Of a stretch of 64,000 nucleotides of DNA, positions 20,532-32,186 are shown piece by piece. Below the pieces are notes generated by a model, which saw only the letters and a program-made list of their open reading frames with translations, was not told the origin of the DNA and made no database searches. The position numbers and the translations under genes are program-made. This stretch comes from Desulfurococcaceae archaeon (lineage in GTDB: Archaea; Thermoproteota; Thermoprotei_A; Sulfolobales; Desulfurococcaceae), in assembly GCA_038888155.1 (NCBI GenBank), contig JAWAJB010000004.1, positions 96,001-160,000 on the forward strand, read 5' to 3'. The number at the start of each line of letters is the position of its first letter. Position 1 is the stretch's first letter.

Positions 20532-23171
20532 GTGCTTACATCGAGAATAGCTAAAATAAAGTTCGGACTGCTGTCACCTGATGAAGTAAGGAAAATGAGC
20601 GTAACCTCGGTGACGACCACCGATGTTTACGACAACGACGGTCTACCAATAGATGGAGGTGTAATGGATAAGCGCATGGGCGCAATTGAGCCAGGTGAAG
20701 TTTGCCCGACATGCGGCAACACTAGAGAAAACTGTCCAGGGCACTTTGGCCACATAGAACTAGTTAAGCCTGTTATTCACATAGCCTTCATTAAGTACAT
20801 ACTGCTGTACCTAAAAGCTACTTGCAACTCCTGTGGAAGGTTAAAAATACCCGAGAGCGAGAGACAGGAATACTTAAAGCTCCTAGGAGACCTCGAGGAG
20901 TTGCAACTGCTTTACCTGAAGAAGAGGCTTCATGAGTACATCAGAAAGAAGGCAATGGCCGCTGTTGCATGCCCGCACTGCGGCTCGCCTTCTCACAAGA
21001 TTAAGCTGGATAGGCCCTACAGCTTCTACGCGCAAACAGATGTTGGCTTCAGGAAGTTGTCGCCGAGCGAGATCAGAGAAAAATTAGAAAAGATACCTAA
21101 TGATGATATAGTGCTCTTAGGAGGAGATCCAAGGGAGGCGCGCCCCGAGTGGATGATACTAACCGTTTTACCTGTCCCCCCTAGATCGGTGAGACCCTCA
21201 GTTACCCTTGAAACAGGAATTAGAAGCGAGGACGATCTAACGCACAAGCTAGTTGATATAATAAGGGTCAACAACAGGTTGAAAGAGCATGTTGAAAGCG
21301 GTGCCCCAAGCGCGATTATCGAGGAGGAGTGGGAACTACTTCAATATCACGTTACGACTTACTTCGACAATGAGGTCTCCGGTATACCTGTGGCTAAGCA
21401 TCGAAGCGGAAAAGTCCTTAAAGGTCTATCGCAAAGACTTAAGGGAAAAGAGGGCAGGTTCAGGGGAGACCTTAGGGGCAAGAGGGTAGACTACTCGGCC
21501 AGGACTGTTATTAGCCCAGATCCTAACTTAAGCATCAACGAGGTTGGAGTGCCCGAAGAAATTGCCAAAGTGCTTACAATTCCTGAGAGGATCACATCTT
21601 GGAATATTGATTTCATGAGAAGGCTTATATTAAATGGGCCAGATAAGTGGCCAGGCGCAAACTACATCATTAGGCCCGACGGGAGGAAAATAAGCCTCAA
21701 GTACGTCGATAGAAAGGTTGCCGCTGAATCCATTGAGGCAGGCTTTGTAGTTGAGAGACACATACTAGATGGAGACATCGTGTTATTTAACAGGCAACCT
21801 TCGTTGCATAGGATCTCTGTTATGGCTCACGCAGTTAGGGTCCTGCCTTACAAGACGTTTAGGCTACATCCACTTGTCTGTCCACCTTACAACGCTGACT
21901 TCGATGGAGACGAGATGAACTTACACGTACCACAGAGCGAGGAGGCGCGCACAGAGGCTAGATTGCTAATGCTCGTTGAGAAGCACATCTTGACACCAAG
22001 ATACGGTGGCCCTATTGTAGGCGGATTGCAGGACTACATTAGCGGCGCTTACATACTAACTGCCAAGTCGACCTTTTTGACAAAAGACGAAGTATTCGTC
22101 CTTCTCTCAGTAACTGGGTATAAAGGAGATTTGCCTGAGCCAGCAATCTTGAAGCCTAGAGAATACTGGTCTGGAAAGCAGCTCATCTCTCTGTTTTTAC
22201 CTAAAGATTTCAACTACAAGAAGAACTCTAAGATAGGTAGCACCTCTGCTCTAAGGTGCATTGACGAGGACTGTCCCCACGACAGCATCGTTCTAGTTAA
22301 AAATGGCGTAATGCTCCAGGGCGTCCTAGATAAGGCAAGTATTGGTAGGGAAGAGCCAGAGAGCCTAATGCACTGGCTGATTAAAGAATACGGAGAGAAC
22401 TACGGCAGGTACTTCATGGATAGAGTCTACAAGATGTTTATAAGGGCATGCGAAATGTACGGGCTGACAATGGGCTACCATCACTTAATGTTAAGCTATA
22501 GTGCAAAGAACGCTGTTGAGAACACTATTAGAGAAAAGCTCGAGGAGGCAAAAGAGTTAATTAGGCTTTATAGCGAGAAAAGGCTGGTTCCTAGGCCAGG
22601 GAAAACGCTCGAGGAGAGCCTTGAAGACGAAATAATAGATACTCTATCCAAGAGGCTTCTCGACAGAGTGGCCGATGTCCTAACTCAGCACTTTACCTCT
22701 ACTAACCCTGTTATAATAATGGCTCGAACTGGGGCAAGGGGCAACCCAATAAACATAACCCAAATGTCAGGACTGCTCGGGCAACAAACAGTTAGGGGTA
22801 AAAGGCTGTCGCGCGGATTCCAAAATAGAATGCTATCGCACTTTAAGCCAGGAGATATAAGCGCCGAAGCAAGGGGGTTTATTAAGACTGGGTTCGTTGA
22901 CGGATTGAGCCCCCTTGAGTTGTTCTTCCACGCGGCAGCGGGAAGAGAGGGACTGATAGATACTGCTGTAAGAACAAGCCAATCGGGTTACATGCAGAGA
23001 AGGCTCATTAACGCCCTACAGGACCTAAAAGTATCCTACGATGGAGCAGTGAGAACAGCTATGGGAGAAATAGTCCAACTGCTTTACGGCGAGGATGGAG
23101 TGGATCCCATGAAGAGCGATCATGGCAAAGCGGTAAACATTGATAGAATTATTGAGAAATACGCGAGGTGA
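20532..23171 (+). CDS. rpoA1: RNA polymerase subunit A' (Rpo1N)
   Basis: CPGHFGHI, catalytic NADFDGD. Confidence 0.99.
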   Translation: MLTSRIAKIKFGLLSPDEVRKMSVTSVTTTDVYDNDGLPIDGGVMDKRMGAIEPGEVCPTCGNTRENCPGHFGHIELVKPVIHIAFIKYILLYLKATCNSCGRLKIPESERQEYLKLLGDLEELQLLYLKKRLHEYIRKKAMAAVACPHCGSPSHKIKLDRPYSFYAQTDVGFRKLSPSEIREKLEKIPNDDIVLLGGDPREARPEWMILTVLPVPPRSVRPSVTLETGIRSEDDLTHKLVDIIRVNNRLKEHVESGAPSAIIEEEWELLQYHVTTYFDNEVSGIPVAKHRSGKVLKGLSQRLKGKEGRFRGDLRGKRVDYSARTVISPDPNLSINEVGVPEEIAKVLTIPERITSWNIDFMRRLILNGPDKWPGANYIIRPDGRKISLKYVDRKVAAESIEAGFVVERHILDGDIVLFNRQPSLHRISVMAHAVRVLPYKTFRLHPLVCPPYNADFDGDEMNLHVPQSEEARTEARLLMLVEKHILTPRYGGPIVGGLQDYISGAYILTAKSTFLTKDEVFVLLSVTGYKGDLPEPAILKPREYWSGKQLISLFLPKDFNYKKNSKIGSTSALRCIDEDCPHDSIVLVKNGVMLQGVLDKASIGREEPESLMHWLIKEYGENYGRYFMDRVYKMFIRACEMYGLTMGYHHLMLSYSAKNAVENTIREKLEEAKELIRLYSEKRLVPRPGKTLEESLEDEIIDTLSKRLLDRVADVLTQHFTSTNPVIIMARTGARGNPINITQMSGLLGQQTVRGKRLSRGFQNRMLSHFKPGDISAEARGFIKTGFVDGLSPLELFFHAAAGREGLIDTAVRTSQSGYMQRRLINALQDLKVSYDGAVRTAMGEIVQLLYGEDGVDPMKSDHGKAVNIDRIIEKYAR

Positions 23172-24397
23172 TTTACATGGGCTTCAGCGCAGAGGACATA
23201 AACGCTGTTCTAGCTAAGTATAAAATGTATTTAACACCCCAGCTCTACAACGAGCTCTCGAGCAAGCTACACGACGCGTCCAAGCATCGCAAGCTACACA
23301 GTGAGGAAGTAGAGAAAATAGTACAAGAAGTCGTACTGAAATATCACCAGTCGCTCGTAGAGCCAGGCGAGGCTGTTGGCACCATAACAGCCCAAAGCCT
23401 TGGAGAGCCTTCAACGCAAATGACGTTGAGGGTATTTCACTACGCTGGCGTGAGGGAGTACAACGTGACGCTGGGGCTACCTAGGCTAATAGAGATTGTA
23501 GATGCGAGGAAACGCCCCGAGACGCCAATTATGGAGATATACCTCACCGAGGGCTACAAGAGCGACTTGGAAAAAGTTAAGGAGGTTGCAAGGCGCATTG
23601 AATCAACTTACGTTGAGAACGTAGCAAAAGAATTCAACGTCGACTACGCGGAAGGCGTTGCTACAATTAAGCTCGATAGGGATATGCTCGTGGATAAGGG
23701 CATAGACTTAGAGCAAATAGCTGGCGTTCTCAGCGAGCTTGATATAGGCACCGTTGATAATATCTCGGAGGAGCTTGACGAAATAAGAGTGCTACTGAGC
23801 GAAGAGTACCTAGATCCAACTAAAATAGAGAAGCTCAGGACAAAGGTTCTCCAAGCGCATATAAAAGGAATAAAAGAAGTGAAGAAAACAATAATTCAGC
23901 GAAGAGGAGACGAGTACATCATTATAGCAGAGGGAAGCAATTTAAAAGAGGTTATGAACATACCGGGCGTCGATTGGAGGAGAATATATACAAATGACAT
24001 ACATGAAATTGAGAATGTTCTTGGCGTCGAGGCAGCTAGGATGTCTATAATTAAGGAAATAAAGAATATACTTGATGATCAAGGATTGGACGTAGATGTA
24101 AGGCACATAATGTTACTCGCAGATATGATGACGTGGACTGGCCACGTTAGGCAAATAGGTAGAATGGGCATTGCTGGCGAGAAACCGAGCGTGCTCGCAA
24201 AAGCCACTTTTGAGACAACTATTCAGAAACTCGTGGAAAGCGCTATCTCAGGCGAAGAGGATACCCTACCAAGCATAACCGAAAACGTTATAATAGGGCA
24301 AGTGCCTCCAGTAGGTACTGGTTTAGTCCAAATCTTCATGACTCCATATGGAGCTAAACAAGCAGAGGAAAATGCAACAGGCGAGGAAAATGAGTAG
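23168..24397 (+). CDS. rpoA2: RNA polymerase subunit A'' (Rpo1C)
   Basis: [26 protein letters not shown]. Confidence 0.98.
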   Translation: MIYMGFSAEDINAVLAKYKMYLTPQLYNELSSKLHDASKHRKLHSEEVEKIVQEVVLKYHQSLVEPGEAVGTITAQSLGEPSTQMTLRVFHYAGVREYNVTLGLPRLIEIVDARKRPETPIMEIYLTEGYKSDLEKVKEVARRIESTYVENVAKEFNVDYAEGVATIKLDRDMLVDKGIDLEQIAGVLSELDIGTVDNISEELDEIRVLLSEEYLDPTKIEKLRTKVLQAHIKGIKEVKKTIIQRRGDEYIIIAEGSNLKEVMNIPGVDWRRIYTNDIHEIENVLGVEAARMSIIKEIKNILDDQGLDVDVRHIMLLADMMTWTGHVRQIGRMGIAGEKPSVLAKATFETTIQKLVESAISGEEDTLPSITENVIIGQVPPVGTGLVQIFMTPYGAKQAEENATGEENE

Positions 24398-24722
24398 CCT
24401 AACTCTAAGAGCGGAGATTACGAGGGCAATTCAAGTAGCTACAAGAACGGGACAGATAGCGTATGGAGCCCGCAGGATTTCAGAGCTAGCACTACACGGC
24501 AAAGCAAAGCTCATAATACTTGCATCTAACGCGCCTCCGGAACTTAGACACGACATAGAGCACTACGCTAAACTAAGCAAAATACCAGTTATTGTTTTCG
24601 AGGGAACAAATATTGAGCTGGGCAACGTTGTGGGAAGGCCGCATAGCGTAACAGCTCTTGCGATAATAGACCCCGGCCAATCGAGAATTCTTGACCTAGT
24701 TAAACAGGTGAGCAATGATTGA
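24390..24722 (+). CDS. rpl30e: 50S ribosomal protein L30e
   Basis: [23 protein letters not shown]; ATG 24390 overlaps the rpoA2 end. Confidence 0.95.
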   Translation: MSSLTLRAEITRAIQVATRTGQIAYGARRISELALHGKAKLIILASNAPPELRHDIEHYAKLSKIPVIVFEGTNIELGNVVGRPHSVTALAIIDPGQSRILDLVKQVSND

Positions 24723-25168
24723 GTAATAAGGATCGAGGCCAAATTAGGATAACTCCCGAGGAATTCAGGTATATGGCATTGCTCAGTGAGTTAACAAATG
24801 CCTCAGTTAGAGACTGTATCATTGAGGACGAAAACAACCGCATAATATTCATGGTCAACCCAGAGGAAGTTGGAAAGGCTATTGGTCCGCGCGGTTTCTT
24901 TGTTCAGAGGCTAAGAAAAATCCTCAACAAGGAAATAGAGATAGTAGGCTTTAGCGATAAGCTAGAGGAACAAGTTAAATTGGCCTTGGCTCCAGCGAGA
25001 GTCAAGGATATGAAGCTTGTAACTAGGCCCGATGGATCTAAAATCCTGTACGTCGCAGTAAACCCAGCCGATAAGGCGCTGGCTATAGGAAAAGGGGGTA
25101 GAAACATTCAGAAGGTTAAGCTAATAATGAAGAGGCACTTCAATATAGACTCTGTAATAATAGCATAG
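24719..25168 (+). CDS. nusA: NusA-like transcription factor (two KH domains)
   Basis: GKAIGPRG, AIGKGGRNI; conserved position. Confidence 0.93.
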   Translation: MSNKDRGQIRITPEEFRYMALLSELTNASVRDCIIEDENNRIIFMVNPEEVGKAIGPRGFFVQRLRKILNKEIEIVGFSDKLEEQVKLALAPARVKDMKLVTRPDGSKILYVAVNPADKALAIGKGGRNIQKVKLIMKRHFNIDSVIIA

Positions 25169-25271
25169 CAATTTTTGGGGTAAAACTGCCCTTGGTTTTT
25201 GAGCGTCTGTATAAAGCTTAAGAATATTTAAAAGGTCAAGAGATTAGAATGTAGAGAAGAGGTGCTTACAC

Positions 25272-25718
25272 TTGCCCGGTAAGAAAGCTCCCAATGGAAT
25301 ATACGCTGCAAGGAAACTTGGCGAGAAGCGCAACAGGTTTAGATGGTATCAGAGAGAATACAAGTGGAGAGCCCTGCGAAAACAGGGATTAATAAGAGAT
25401 CCTCTAGAAGGAGCGCCGCTGGCGCGAGGTATTGTATTGGAGAAGGTTGGCGTTGAGTCGCGTAAACCTAACTCAGCTCTAAGGAAGTGCGTTCGAGTCC
25501 AACTTGTAAAGAATGGAAAGGTTGTTACAGCTTTCGTGCCTTGGGACGGAGGAGTAAACTTCATTGATGAGCACGACGAAGTAGTTATAGAGGGTATAGG
25601 AGGTACGCTAGGAGGCGCGATGGGCGATATACCTGGAGTAAAATTCAAGGTTGTCCTAGTCAATGGAGTATCGCTCAAAGCCCTCTGGTTGGGAAAGAAG
25701 CAAAAACCTGTGAGATAG
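25272..25718 (+). CDS. rps12: 30S ribosomal protein S12
   Basis: [24 protein letters not shown]. Confidence 0.98.
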   Translation: MPGKKAPNGIYAARKLGEKRNRFRWYQREYKWRALRKQGLIRDPLEGAPLARGIVLEKVGVESRKPNSALRKCVRVQLVKNGKVVTAFVPWDGGVNFIDEHDEVVIEGIGGTLGGAMGDIPGVKFKVVLVNGVSLKALWLGKKQKPVR

Positions 25719-26324
25719 GTGCGCGGCTTGGACACTCAAGCTCCCCTAGCTATAGAAGTTAATGAGATAAAGCTCTTTGGTAAGTGGAGCTACAGCTGGA
25801 TCAATATTAGGGACCCGAGCCTAAAGAGATATCTCTGCTTAAAGCCTACGCGCGTACCCCACACGGGGGGTAGGCACGAGCACAGGAGATTCGGCAAGAC
25901 TGCTGTACCCATAGTTGAGCGGTTGCTCAACAAGCTAATGATGCCAGGCAGAAATACGGGTAAAAAGCACCTAGCATTTAATACAGTTAAAAAGGCATTT
26001 GAGCTAATTCACGTAAAAACTGGCGAAAACCCCCTACAAGTGCTCGTCAGGGCAATTGAAAATTCAGCTCCTCGCGAAGATACGACTAGGATAATGTACG
26101 GCGGCATAGTGTACCACGTGTCAGTGGATATATCGCCGCTAAGAAGGATAGATCTTGCACTGAAGCACCTCACAGAGGGCGCTCGATTGAAGTCGTTTAA
26201 TAACCCGTTGCCCATAGAAGAAGCCCTCGCCGAGGAGATAATATTAGCTGCTAATGGCGATCCAAAGAGCTACGCTATACAGAGAAAAGATGAAATAGAG
26301 AGAATAGCCTTAAGCAGCAGGTAG
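25719..26324 (+). CDS. rps7: 30S ribosomal protein S7
   Basis: [31 protein letters not shown]. Confidence 0.98.
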   Translation: MRGLDTQAPLAIEVNEIKLFGKWSYSWINIRDPSLKRYLCLKPTRVPHTGGRHEHRRFGKTAVPIVERLLNKLMMPGRNTGKKHLAFNTVKKAFELIHVKTGENPLQVLVRAIENSAPREDTTRIMYGGIVYHVSVDISPLRRIDLALKHLTEGARLKSFNNPLPIEEALAEEIILAANGDPKSYAIQRKDEIERIALSSR

Positions 26325-26430
26325 CGCGATTTATTATTTATCCTTCTCCCCATCGATTTTGTTCTAAGCTACTCGAAGTGTATAGCTTTTTTAACAGTCT
26401 ATAAAATAGTATTTAAGGGTCTTGGTAAAC

Positions 26431-26438
26431 TTTATAAG
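26431..26438 (+). promoter_or_regulatory. TATA box TTTATAAG upstream of EF-1alpha
   Basis: 50 nt upstream of the ATG, with a GGTGA SD in the leader. Confidence 0.65.
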
Positions 26439-26480
26439 CATAGTATTTAATCACGTGGAAAAGGTATAGGTGATTTAATT

Positions 26481-27797
26481 ATGAGTGTGCCTCAGAAGCC
26501 GCACTTGAATCTAATAATAATTGGGCACATAGATCATGGAAAGAGCACAATGGTAGGCAATATATTGTACCGCTTAGGATACTTCGACGAAAAAACCATG
26601 AGGGAAATTGAGGAGCAGGCCAAGAAAATGGGCAAAGAGAGCTTCAGATTCGCCTGGTTGCTTGATAGGTTAAAGGACGAGAGGGAGAGGGGCATAACAA
26701 TAAGCCTATCATACATGAAGTTCGAAACCAAGAAGTACTTCTTCACTATCATCGATGCCCCAGGACATAGAGACTTCGTGAAGAACATGCTTACAGGCGC
26801 CAGCCAGGCAGACGCAGCAATCCTAGTTGTTAGTGCAAGGAAGGGCGAATTCGAGGCCGGAATGAGCGCTGAAGGCCAAACTAGGGAGCACGCTATACTT
26901 GCAAGAACGATGGGCATAAGCCAACTAATAGTAGCCATAAACAAAATGGATGCCACTGAACCTCCTTACAGCGAGAAGAGGTATAAAGAAGTTGTTGAGA
27001 TTCTCAGCAAATTCCTAAGAAGCATTGGATTCGATCCTACTAAGATACCTTTCATACCAGTATCTGCTTGGACTGGAGAAAACCTAATAGAAAGATCGCC
27101 TAACATGCCGTGGTACAATGGGCCAGTACTAGCTGAATCGCTAGACCAGCTTGCAGTTCCGCCAAAGCCTTTAGACAAACCTCTTAGACTGCCCATACAA
27201 GATGTATACGTGATCTCCGGTATTGGAACAGTTGCTGTAGGTAGAGTTGAGTCTGGCGTTCTCAAGGTAGGCGACAAAGTATCGATAATGCCTCCCTCGC
27301 TAACTGCAGAAGTGAAGTCCATAGAGACGCACCACGTTAGAATAGAGAAGGCAGAGCCGGGCGACAACATAGGCTTTAACTTAAAGGGCGTTGAGAAGAA
27401 AGACGTTAAACGCGGCGATGTAATAGGATCCCTTGACAGTCCTCCAACAGTAGCAGACGAGCTAACAGCGCGCATAATGGTGGTATGGCATCCCACAGCA
27501 ATAGCTATTGGCTACACTCCAGTGCTACACATACACACAGCGAGCATTGCCTGCAGGATTACAGAAATTGTCGCCAAGCTAGATCCTAGAACGGGCAAGG
27601 AAGTCGAAAAGAATCCCCAGTTCTTGAAGCAAGGCGATATCGCAATAGTGAAGTTCAAGCCAATTAAGCCGCTAGTAGCTGAAAAGTACTCAGAGTTCCC
27701 AGGTCTCGGAAGGTTTGCCATGAGAGACATGGGCAAAACTGTTGGTATAGGACAAGTCTTGGAGGTAAAGCCAGCTCAGGCAGCTGCCAAAAAGTAG
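26481..27797 (+). CDS. tuf: Elongation factor 1-alpha
   Basis: GHIDHGKST, ERERGITI, DAPGHRDF, NKMD. Confidence 0.99.
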   Translation: MSVPQKPHLNLIIIGHIDHGKSTMVGNILYRLGYFDEKTMREIEEQAKKMGKESFRFAWLLDRLKDERERGITISLSYMKFETKKYFFTIIDAPGHRDFVKNMLTGASQADAAILVVSARKGEFEAGMSAEGQTREHAILARTMGISQLIVAINKMDATEPPYSEKRYKEVVEILSKFLRSIGFDPTKIPFIPVSAWTGENLIERSPNMPWYNGPVLAESLDQLAVPPKPLDKPLRLPIQDVYVISGIGTVAVGRVESGVLKVGDKVSIMPPSLTAEVKSIETHHVRIEKAEPGDNIGFNLKGVEKKDVKRGDVIGSLDSPPTVADELTARIMVVWHPTAIAIGYTPVLHIHTASIACRITEIVAKLDPRTGKEVEKNPQFLKQGDIAIVKFKPIKPLVAEKYSEFPGLGRFAMRDMGKTVGIGQVLEVKPAQAAAKK

Positions 27798-27885
27798 TTG
27801 AAGTTTTCACTGAGCGTGCAATTAAATGATAAGTTTTTATCGAAAGACATTAGTTGTGTAAAACCAACAAAGCCGGGGAATCTCG

Positions 27886-28197
27886 TTGTCGCTACCAAGA
27901 ATGGTTAAAATAAAAATGTGGAGCACTAACGTAAAGGTACTCGAGGACTTCACTCTAAAGATAGTTGATATTGCCAAGAAAAGCGGAATAAAGACTAGCG
28001 GGCCTATTCCCCTCCCGACAAAAAAGCTTACAATAAGAACGCTAAAGCTACCTCACGGCGAGGGTAAAAAGAAGTACGAAAGGTGGGAAATGAGGATACA
28101 CAAGAGGCTACTTTATGTAGCTGAAGACGAGAGAGTAATGAAGCAGCTGATTAGGGTGCGAGTGCCACCAGAAGTTTGGATAGAAATCGAGCTCTAA
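27886..28197 (+). CDS. rps10: 30S ribosomal protein S10
   Basis: GPIPLPTK, WEMRIHKRL. Confidence 0.97.
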   Translation: MSLPRMVKIKMWSTNVKVLEDFTLKIVDIAKKSGIKTSGPIPLPTKKLTIRTLKLPHGEGKKKYERWEMRIHKRLLYVAEDERVMKQLIRVRVPPEVWIEIEL

Positions 28198-28247
28198 GAA
28201 ACTACATAGTTTTAAGCCCTTTCTCTCTATCCTATTTTTATAGAAGG

Positions 28248-28355
28248 GCCGGGGTGCCCGAGCGGCCTAAGGGGCTGGCCTGGAGACTTGAAGCTATACT
28301 ACCGGGAAGCCAGTGCCCCATAAGGGGCGCGCGGGTTCAAATCCCGCCCCCGGCG
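28248..28355 (+). tRNA. tRNA-Ser(GGA) with 22-nt intron 28286-28307
   Basis: Anticodon GGA 28282-28284; BHB CUGG/CCGG; long variable arm; G73. Confidence 0.93.
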
Positions 28356-28455
28356 CCTTTGTGTATTTTTAAAGCTCATTTGAAATAGTTTTAAAAGCTG
28401 CATTTACCCTAAAAATGTTAGAATTGGGTTCAACATAGTGCTTACGGTGAAGTAA

Positions 28456-28926
28456 TTGGAGAGAGAGTTTAGGAGAATAGTTAGGATCTTAGAAACAGAT
28501 GTAGATGGTAGGCTTCCACTTGTACAAGGCTTAGCTGCTATTAAAGGAGTGGGTTACAACTTCGGTCTAGGCGTGTGCAGAGTTCTAGGGTTAGATCCAA
28601 GCATGAAAACTGGGTACTTAACAGATAATGAAATTAAAAACCTGGAGAGCGTAGTTAAAGAGCCCCTTAAGTACAACATACCCGTGTGGCTCTGCAACAG
28701 GAGAAAAGACCGCTCGCTAGGGAGCGATCTGCACTACACTAGTGCGTCGCTGTTGTTCTATGTCAAGGAAGACATCGAGCACGAGAAAAGGATAAAAACT
28801 TGGCGCGGTGTAAGACACGCTATAGGCTTAAAAGTTAGGGGACAGCGAACTAGGACGACTGGCAGAGCCGGTATAACCGTAGGAGTTAAGAGGAAAAGAG
28901 AGGCTCCGCAACAACAGCAGAAATAA
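28456..28926 (+). CDS. rps13: 30S ribosomal protein S13
   Basis: IKGVG, WRGVRH..GLKVRGQRTRTTGR. Confidence 0.98.
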   Translation: MEREFRRIVRILETDVDGRLPLVQGLAAIKGVGYNFGLGVCRVLGLDPSMKTGYLTDNEIKNLESVVKEPLKYNIPVWLCNRRKDRSLGSDLHYTSASLLFYVKEDIEHEKRIKTWRGVRHAIGLKVRGQRTRTTGRAGITVGVKRKREAPQQQQK

Positions 28927-28942
28927 TATTGGGTGAAATTGC

Positions 28943-29452
28943 ATGGGCGATCCAAAGAAGTCTAGGAGAACGTGGTCAGGGCCTAGGCACCCCTGGCGTA
29001 AAGAGAGGCTAATGGATGAATCAAGGCTTATAGGAACCTATGGCCTTAGGAACAAGAGAGAGCTGTGGAAGGCTATGTCAACTGTTAGGTACTTTAGGCA
29101 CAGGGCGCGCACTCTCCTCGCTGCTCCTCCTGATGTTCGAGAAAAAGAGGAGAAAGTGCTACTCAGTAAGCTAACAGAGCTAGGGTTAATAAAAGAGGGG
29201 GCCAAGCTAGACGACATATTGAACGTGCGCGTAGAGGACCTATTGGAGAGGCGGCTCCAAACAATAATATACAGGAAGGGGCTAACGACTTCTATTCAGG
29301 AGGCTAGACAGCTAATAATTCACGGACATATAACAATAGGCGGGAGGAAGATTAAATCCCCCGGCTATATTGTGTCCATGAAGGAAGAGAAGTTAATAGG
29401 TTACTATTATAAGAGCCCTTACATAAAGCTACAAGCTAGTGAGTCGGCATAG
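28943..29452 (+). CDS. rps4: 30S ribosomal protein S4
   Basis: MGDPKK, YGLRNKRELW, ERRLQT, ARQLIIHGH. Confidence 0.98.
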   Translation: MGDPKKSRRTWSGPRHPWRKERLMDESRLIGTYGLRNKRELWKAMSTVRYFRHRARTLLAAPPDVREKEEKVLLSKLTELGLIKEGAKLDDILNVRVEDLLERRLQTIIYRKGLTTSIQEARQLIIHGHITIGGRKIKSPGYIVSMKEEKLIGYYYKSPYIKLQASESA

Positions 29453-29455
29453 TGG

Positions 29456-29866
29456 GTGAATGCTGTGTCGTTTGCATTCAGAGAGCTTAGATGGGGCATG
29501 GCTCACATATACAGCAGCTCTAATAACACCTTAATACACATCACAGATCTTTCAGGCGCAGAAACCGTCAGCGTGTCGAGCGGCGGGAGAGTTGTAAAAG
29601 CTGATAGGGAGAAACCAAGCCCGTATGCTGCAATGCTAGCATCCTCTAGGGCGGCAACAGATGCCATGGATAAAGGGATTACAGCCCTTCACATTAAAGT
29701 GCGAGCCCCTGGCGGCCACGGCCCAAAGACCCCCGGACCTGGAGCACAAGCTGCAATAAGGGCGCTCGCAAGATCAGGCTTCGTTATTGGCAGAATAGAG
29801 GACGTTACGCCAGTACCTCACGACACCACTAGGAGACCGGGTGGAAGGAGGGGTAGGAGGCTCTAA
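29456..29866 (+). CDS. rps11: 30S ribosomal protein S11
   Basis: [28 protein letters not shown]. Confidence 0.98.
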   Translation: MNAVSFAFRELRWGMAHIYSSSNNTLIHITDLSGAETVSVSSGGRVVKADREKPSPYAAMLASSRAATDAMDKGITALHIKVRAPGGHGPKTPGPGAQAAIRALARSGFVIGRIEDVTPVPHDTTRRPGGRRGRRL

Positions 29867-29882
29867 ATTCGAGGTGCTTTAA

Positions 29883-30719
29883 TTGAAGGTAGATGTATTA
29901 GAGAGCAGCCAATTCGCTACAACTCTGCTCATCCAGGGCATTTCTCTACATGTACTCAACTCAATTAGAAGGGCAATTATGAGCGAAGTTCCGACAATGG
30001 CTATCGACTATGTCATCTTCATAGAGAATTCGAGCGTATTTTATGATGAGTATATAGCCCATAGATTGGGGCTAGTCCCTTTGAGAAGCGATGATGCTTA
30101 TAAAAGGTACAAGCCCCCAGAGGAGTGCGCAGAGGCTGGCGAAAAGAGAGTATTTTCGGCAGACTGCTTTGCAAAGTTCGATCTTGAAGCAGAGGGGCCA
30201 GAGGGGGGTATTTCTACGATATATAGCAAAAATTTAATTCCAGGCGATCCTCAGATCGCTCCTATTCACGAAAACATACCTATATTGAAGCTAGCAAAGG
30301 GCCAGAGAATAAAGCTAGAGGCATTTGCTAGGCTCGGGAGAGGGAAAGAACACATTAAATGGAGCCCTGTTAGTGTTGCAATTCACAAGTATGTGCCGCT
30401 AATAAGCGTAGAACATCATACTTGCAGAAACTGCTCTAAATGCGTTGAGGCCTGCCCTCGCCAAGTATTGTTAGTTGAAGGGGATAGAGTCTCTGTGAAC
30501 ATCCAGCGAATACTGAGCTGCAATTTCTGTAGACTGTGCGAACAGGTATGCGAGTACGGTTCAATTAAAGTATCCCACAAGCAAAACGAGTATATTTTAC
30601 ACATAAACCTCACGGGCGGCTTAAGCGCGCATAGAGCGCTTATAGAGGCCTCTGAGATCCTCATAAATAAGTTAAATGAGCTAGAGGAAAGGTTGAAGGC
30701 AGCGGGTGTTGTGCAGTGA
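29883..30719 (+). CDS. rpoD: RNA polymerase subunit D (Rpo3) with ferredoxin-like domain
   Basis: NSIRRA..EVPTMA, DEYIAHRLGLVP, two CxxCxxCxxxC motifs. Confidence 0.97.
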   Translation: MKVDVLESSQFATTLLIQGISLHVLNSIRRAIMSEVPTMAIDYVIFIENSSVFYDEYIAHRLGLVPLRSDDAYKRYKPPEECAEAGEKRVFSADCFAKFDLEAEGPEGGISTIYSKNLIPGDPQIAPIHENIPILKLAKGQRIKLEAFARLGRGKEHIKWSPVSVAIHKYVPLISVEHHTCRNCSKCVEACPRQVLLVEGDRVSVNIQRILSCNFCRLCEQVCEYGSIKVSHKQNEYILHINLTGGLSAHRALIEASEILINKLNELEERLKAAGVVQ

Positions 30720-31081
30720 CTGAAGTAAGGGGGAAAACAAATTTAATCTTAAGGGAACTCGTTAAGATCCTAATTAAGTACTCAAGGGAACACAACGCTA
30801 AGTTGTGGCGAGTTATCGCTGAAGATCTCTCTCGAGCTACGAGAACGCGTAGAGCTGTCAATATAAGTAGAATAAATAGGTTCACAAACCCAGGGGATTA
30901 TATCGTGGTTCCTGGAAAGGTACTGGGCGCTGGCAAACTAGATCACCCCGTAGTTGTCGCTGCGCTGAGCTTCTCGAAAACTGCAATAGAGAAGATCGGC
31001 GCAGCAGGAGGTCGTGCAATAAACATATATGAGCTCTTAAGAGAGAAGCCAGATGGTTCAGGCGTGAGAATTATTGGGTGA
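30716..31081 (+). CDS. rpl18e: 50S ribosomal protein L18e
   Basis: VNISRINR, VVPGKVLGAG. Confidence 0.96.
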   Translation: MTEVRGKTNLILRELVKILIKYSREHNAKLWRVIAEDLSRATRTRRAVNISRINRFTNPGDYIVVPGKVLGAGKLDHPVVVAALSFSKTAIEKIGAAGGRAINIYELLREKPDGSGVRIIG

Positions 31082-31536
31082 GGTCGATGCAACAAGAGAA
31101 AATTCTATATGTTGATGCCTCTGGGCAAATCTTAGGGAGATTGGCCAGCATTGCAGCAAAGAAACTTCTAGAGGGCTACAGCGTGTACGTCTTCAACGCT
31201 GAAAAGGCTGTTCTAAGCGGCGAGAAGAGCAGGGTCGTAAACGGGTATAGGCTGCTCTTCGAGGTAAAGACTCACCTCAACCCGGAAAGATCTGGAATTA
31301 GGCGGCCGAGAAACCCCGTTAGCATATTTAAGCGCGCAGTGAGGGGCATGCTCCCAATAGATAAGCCCCACGGAAGAGAAGCCTATAAGAGACTTAAAGC
31401 ATATATTGGTGTGCCGCCTGAGTATAAGGGCGTAGAGCCAGTAAAGTTCTCAGAAGCTATGTACACTAGGCTCAAGGGGAGGTTTATAACAGTAGAGGAA
31501 GTTGCTTACGCCATGGGATGGAGGGGTAAGAAATGA
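31078..31536 (+). CDS. rpl13: 50S ribosomal protein L13
   Basis: ILGRLAS, NAEKA, RAVRGMLP. Confidence 0.96.
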   Translation: MRSMQQEKILYVDASGQILGRLASIAAKKLLEGYSVYVFNAEKAVLSGEKSRVVNGYRLLFEVKTHLNPERSGIRRPRNPVSIFKRAVRGMLPIDKPHGREAYKRLKAYIGVPPEYKGVEPVKFSEAMYTRLKGRFITVEEVAYAMGWRGKK

Positions 31537-31967
31537 GCCAAAACGCAGTTGAGCCAACTACACATAAAATAGTGGTGTCAACTGGTAAAAGAAAGACAAG
31601 CGTTGCTCGGGCAATCGTTAGAGCTGGTGAGGGCAGGGTATGGGTGAACAACATACCTCTAGAGGCATACCCCGTTGAACTAGCAAGAGAGAAGATAGCT
31701 GAACCAATACACTTAGCTGGGAGCTTAGCGAAATTCATTGATATAAAGGTAAATGTAAGCGGCGGAGGCGTAATGAGTCAAGCTGATGCGTGCAGAGTAG
31801 CAATAGCAAGGGGAATTGTAGAGTACTTCGGTGAAGTTGGAAAAGAAATAGAGAAGATCTTTAGAGAATACGATAGGCATATTCTGAGCGGCGATCCACG
31901 ACAAACAGAGCCCAAGAAGTGGGGCAGGTATAGCGCTAGAAGGAGGTGGCAGAAGAGCTACAGGTGA
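31533..31967 (+). CDS. rps9: 30S ribosomal protein S9
   Basis: GKRKTSVARA, GGGVMSQA, QKSYR. Confidence 0.98.
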   Translation: MSQNAVEPTTHKIVVSTGKRKTSVARAIVRAGEGRVWVNNIPLEAYPVELAREKIAEPIHLAGSLAKFIDIKVNVSGGGVMSQADACRVAIARGIVEYFGEVGKEIEKIFREYDRHILSGDPRQTEPKKWGRYSARRRWQKSYR

Positions 31968-31973
31968 GGGCAA

Positions 31974-32174
31974 GTGTTGTTCCCAGTTAGATGCTTTACA
32001 TGTGGTACTCCTATAGCCCAGCTGTGGGAAGAGTACTTAAGAAGAGTAAGGCAGGGAGAGGAACCAGGTAAAGTGCTTGACGATCTAGGCGTTAAAAGGT
32101 ACTGCTGCAGGAGAATGTTCCTCTCTCACGTAGAAATAGCTGACGAAGTTTTATACTTCCCCAAAATATCTTAG
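31974..32174 (+). CDS. rpoN: RNA polymerase subunit N (Rpo10)
   Basis: [15 protein letters not shown]. Confidence 0.98.
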   Translation: MLFPVRCFTCGTPIAQLWEEYLRRVRQGEEPGKVLDDLGVKRYCCRRMFLSHVEIADEVLYFPKIS

Positions 32175-32186
32175 TGAGGTGTTTAG

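Noticed and set aside
17057-24397. Inteins or frameshifts in the large RNA polymerase subunits
   Set aside because: Lengths are normal, motifs are contiguous and there are no intein signatures.
26534-27736. Long antisense ORFs in tuf and other conserved genes
   Set aside because: Shadow frames caused by codon bias; no protein motifs or initiation signals.
28176-28388. 70-aa ORF over tRNA-Ser (likewise 63473-63733 over tRNA-Asn)
   Set aside because: Chance frames across GC-rich tRNA genes.
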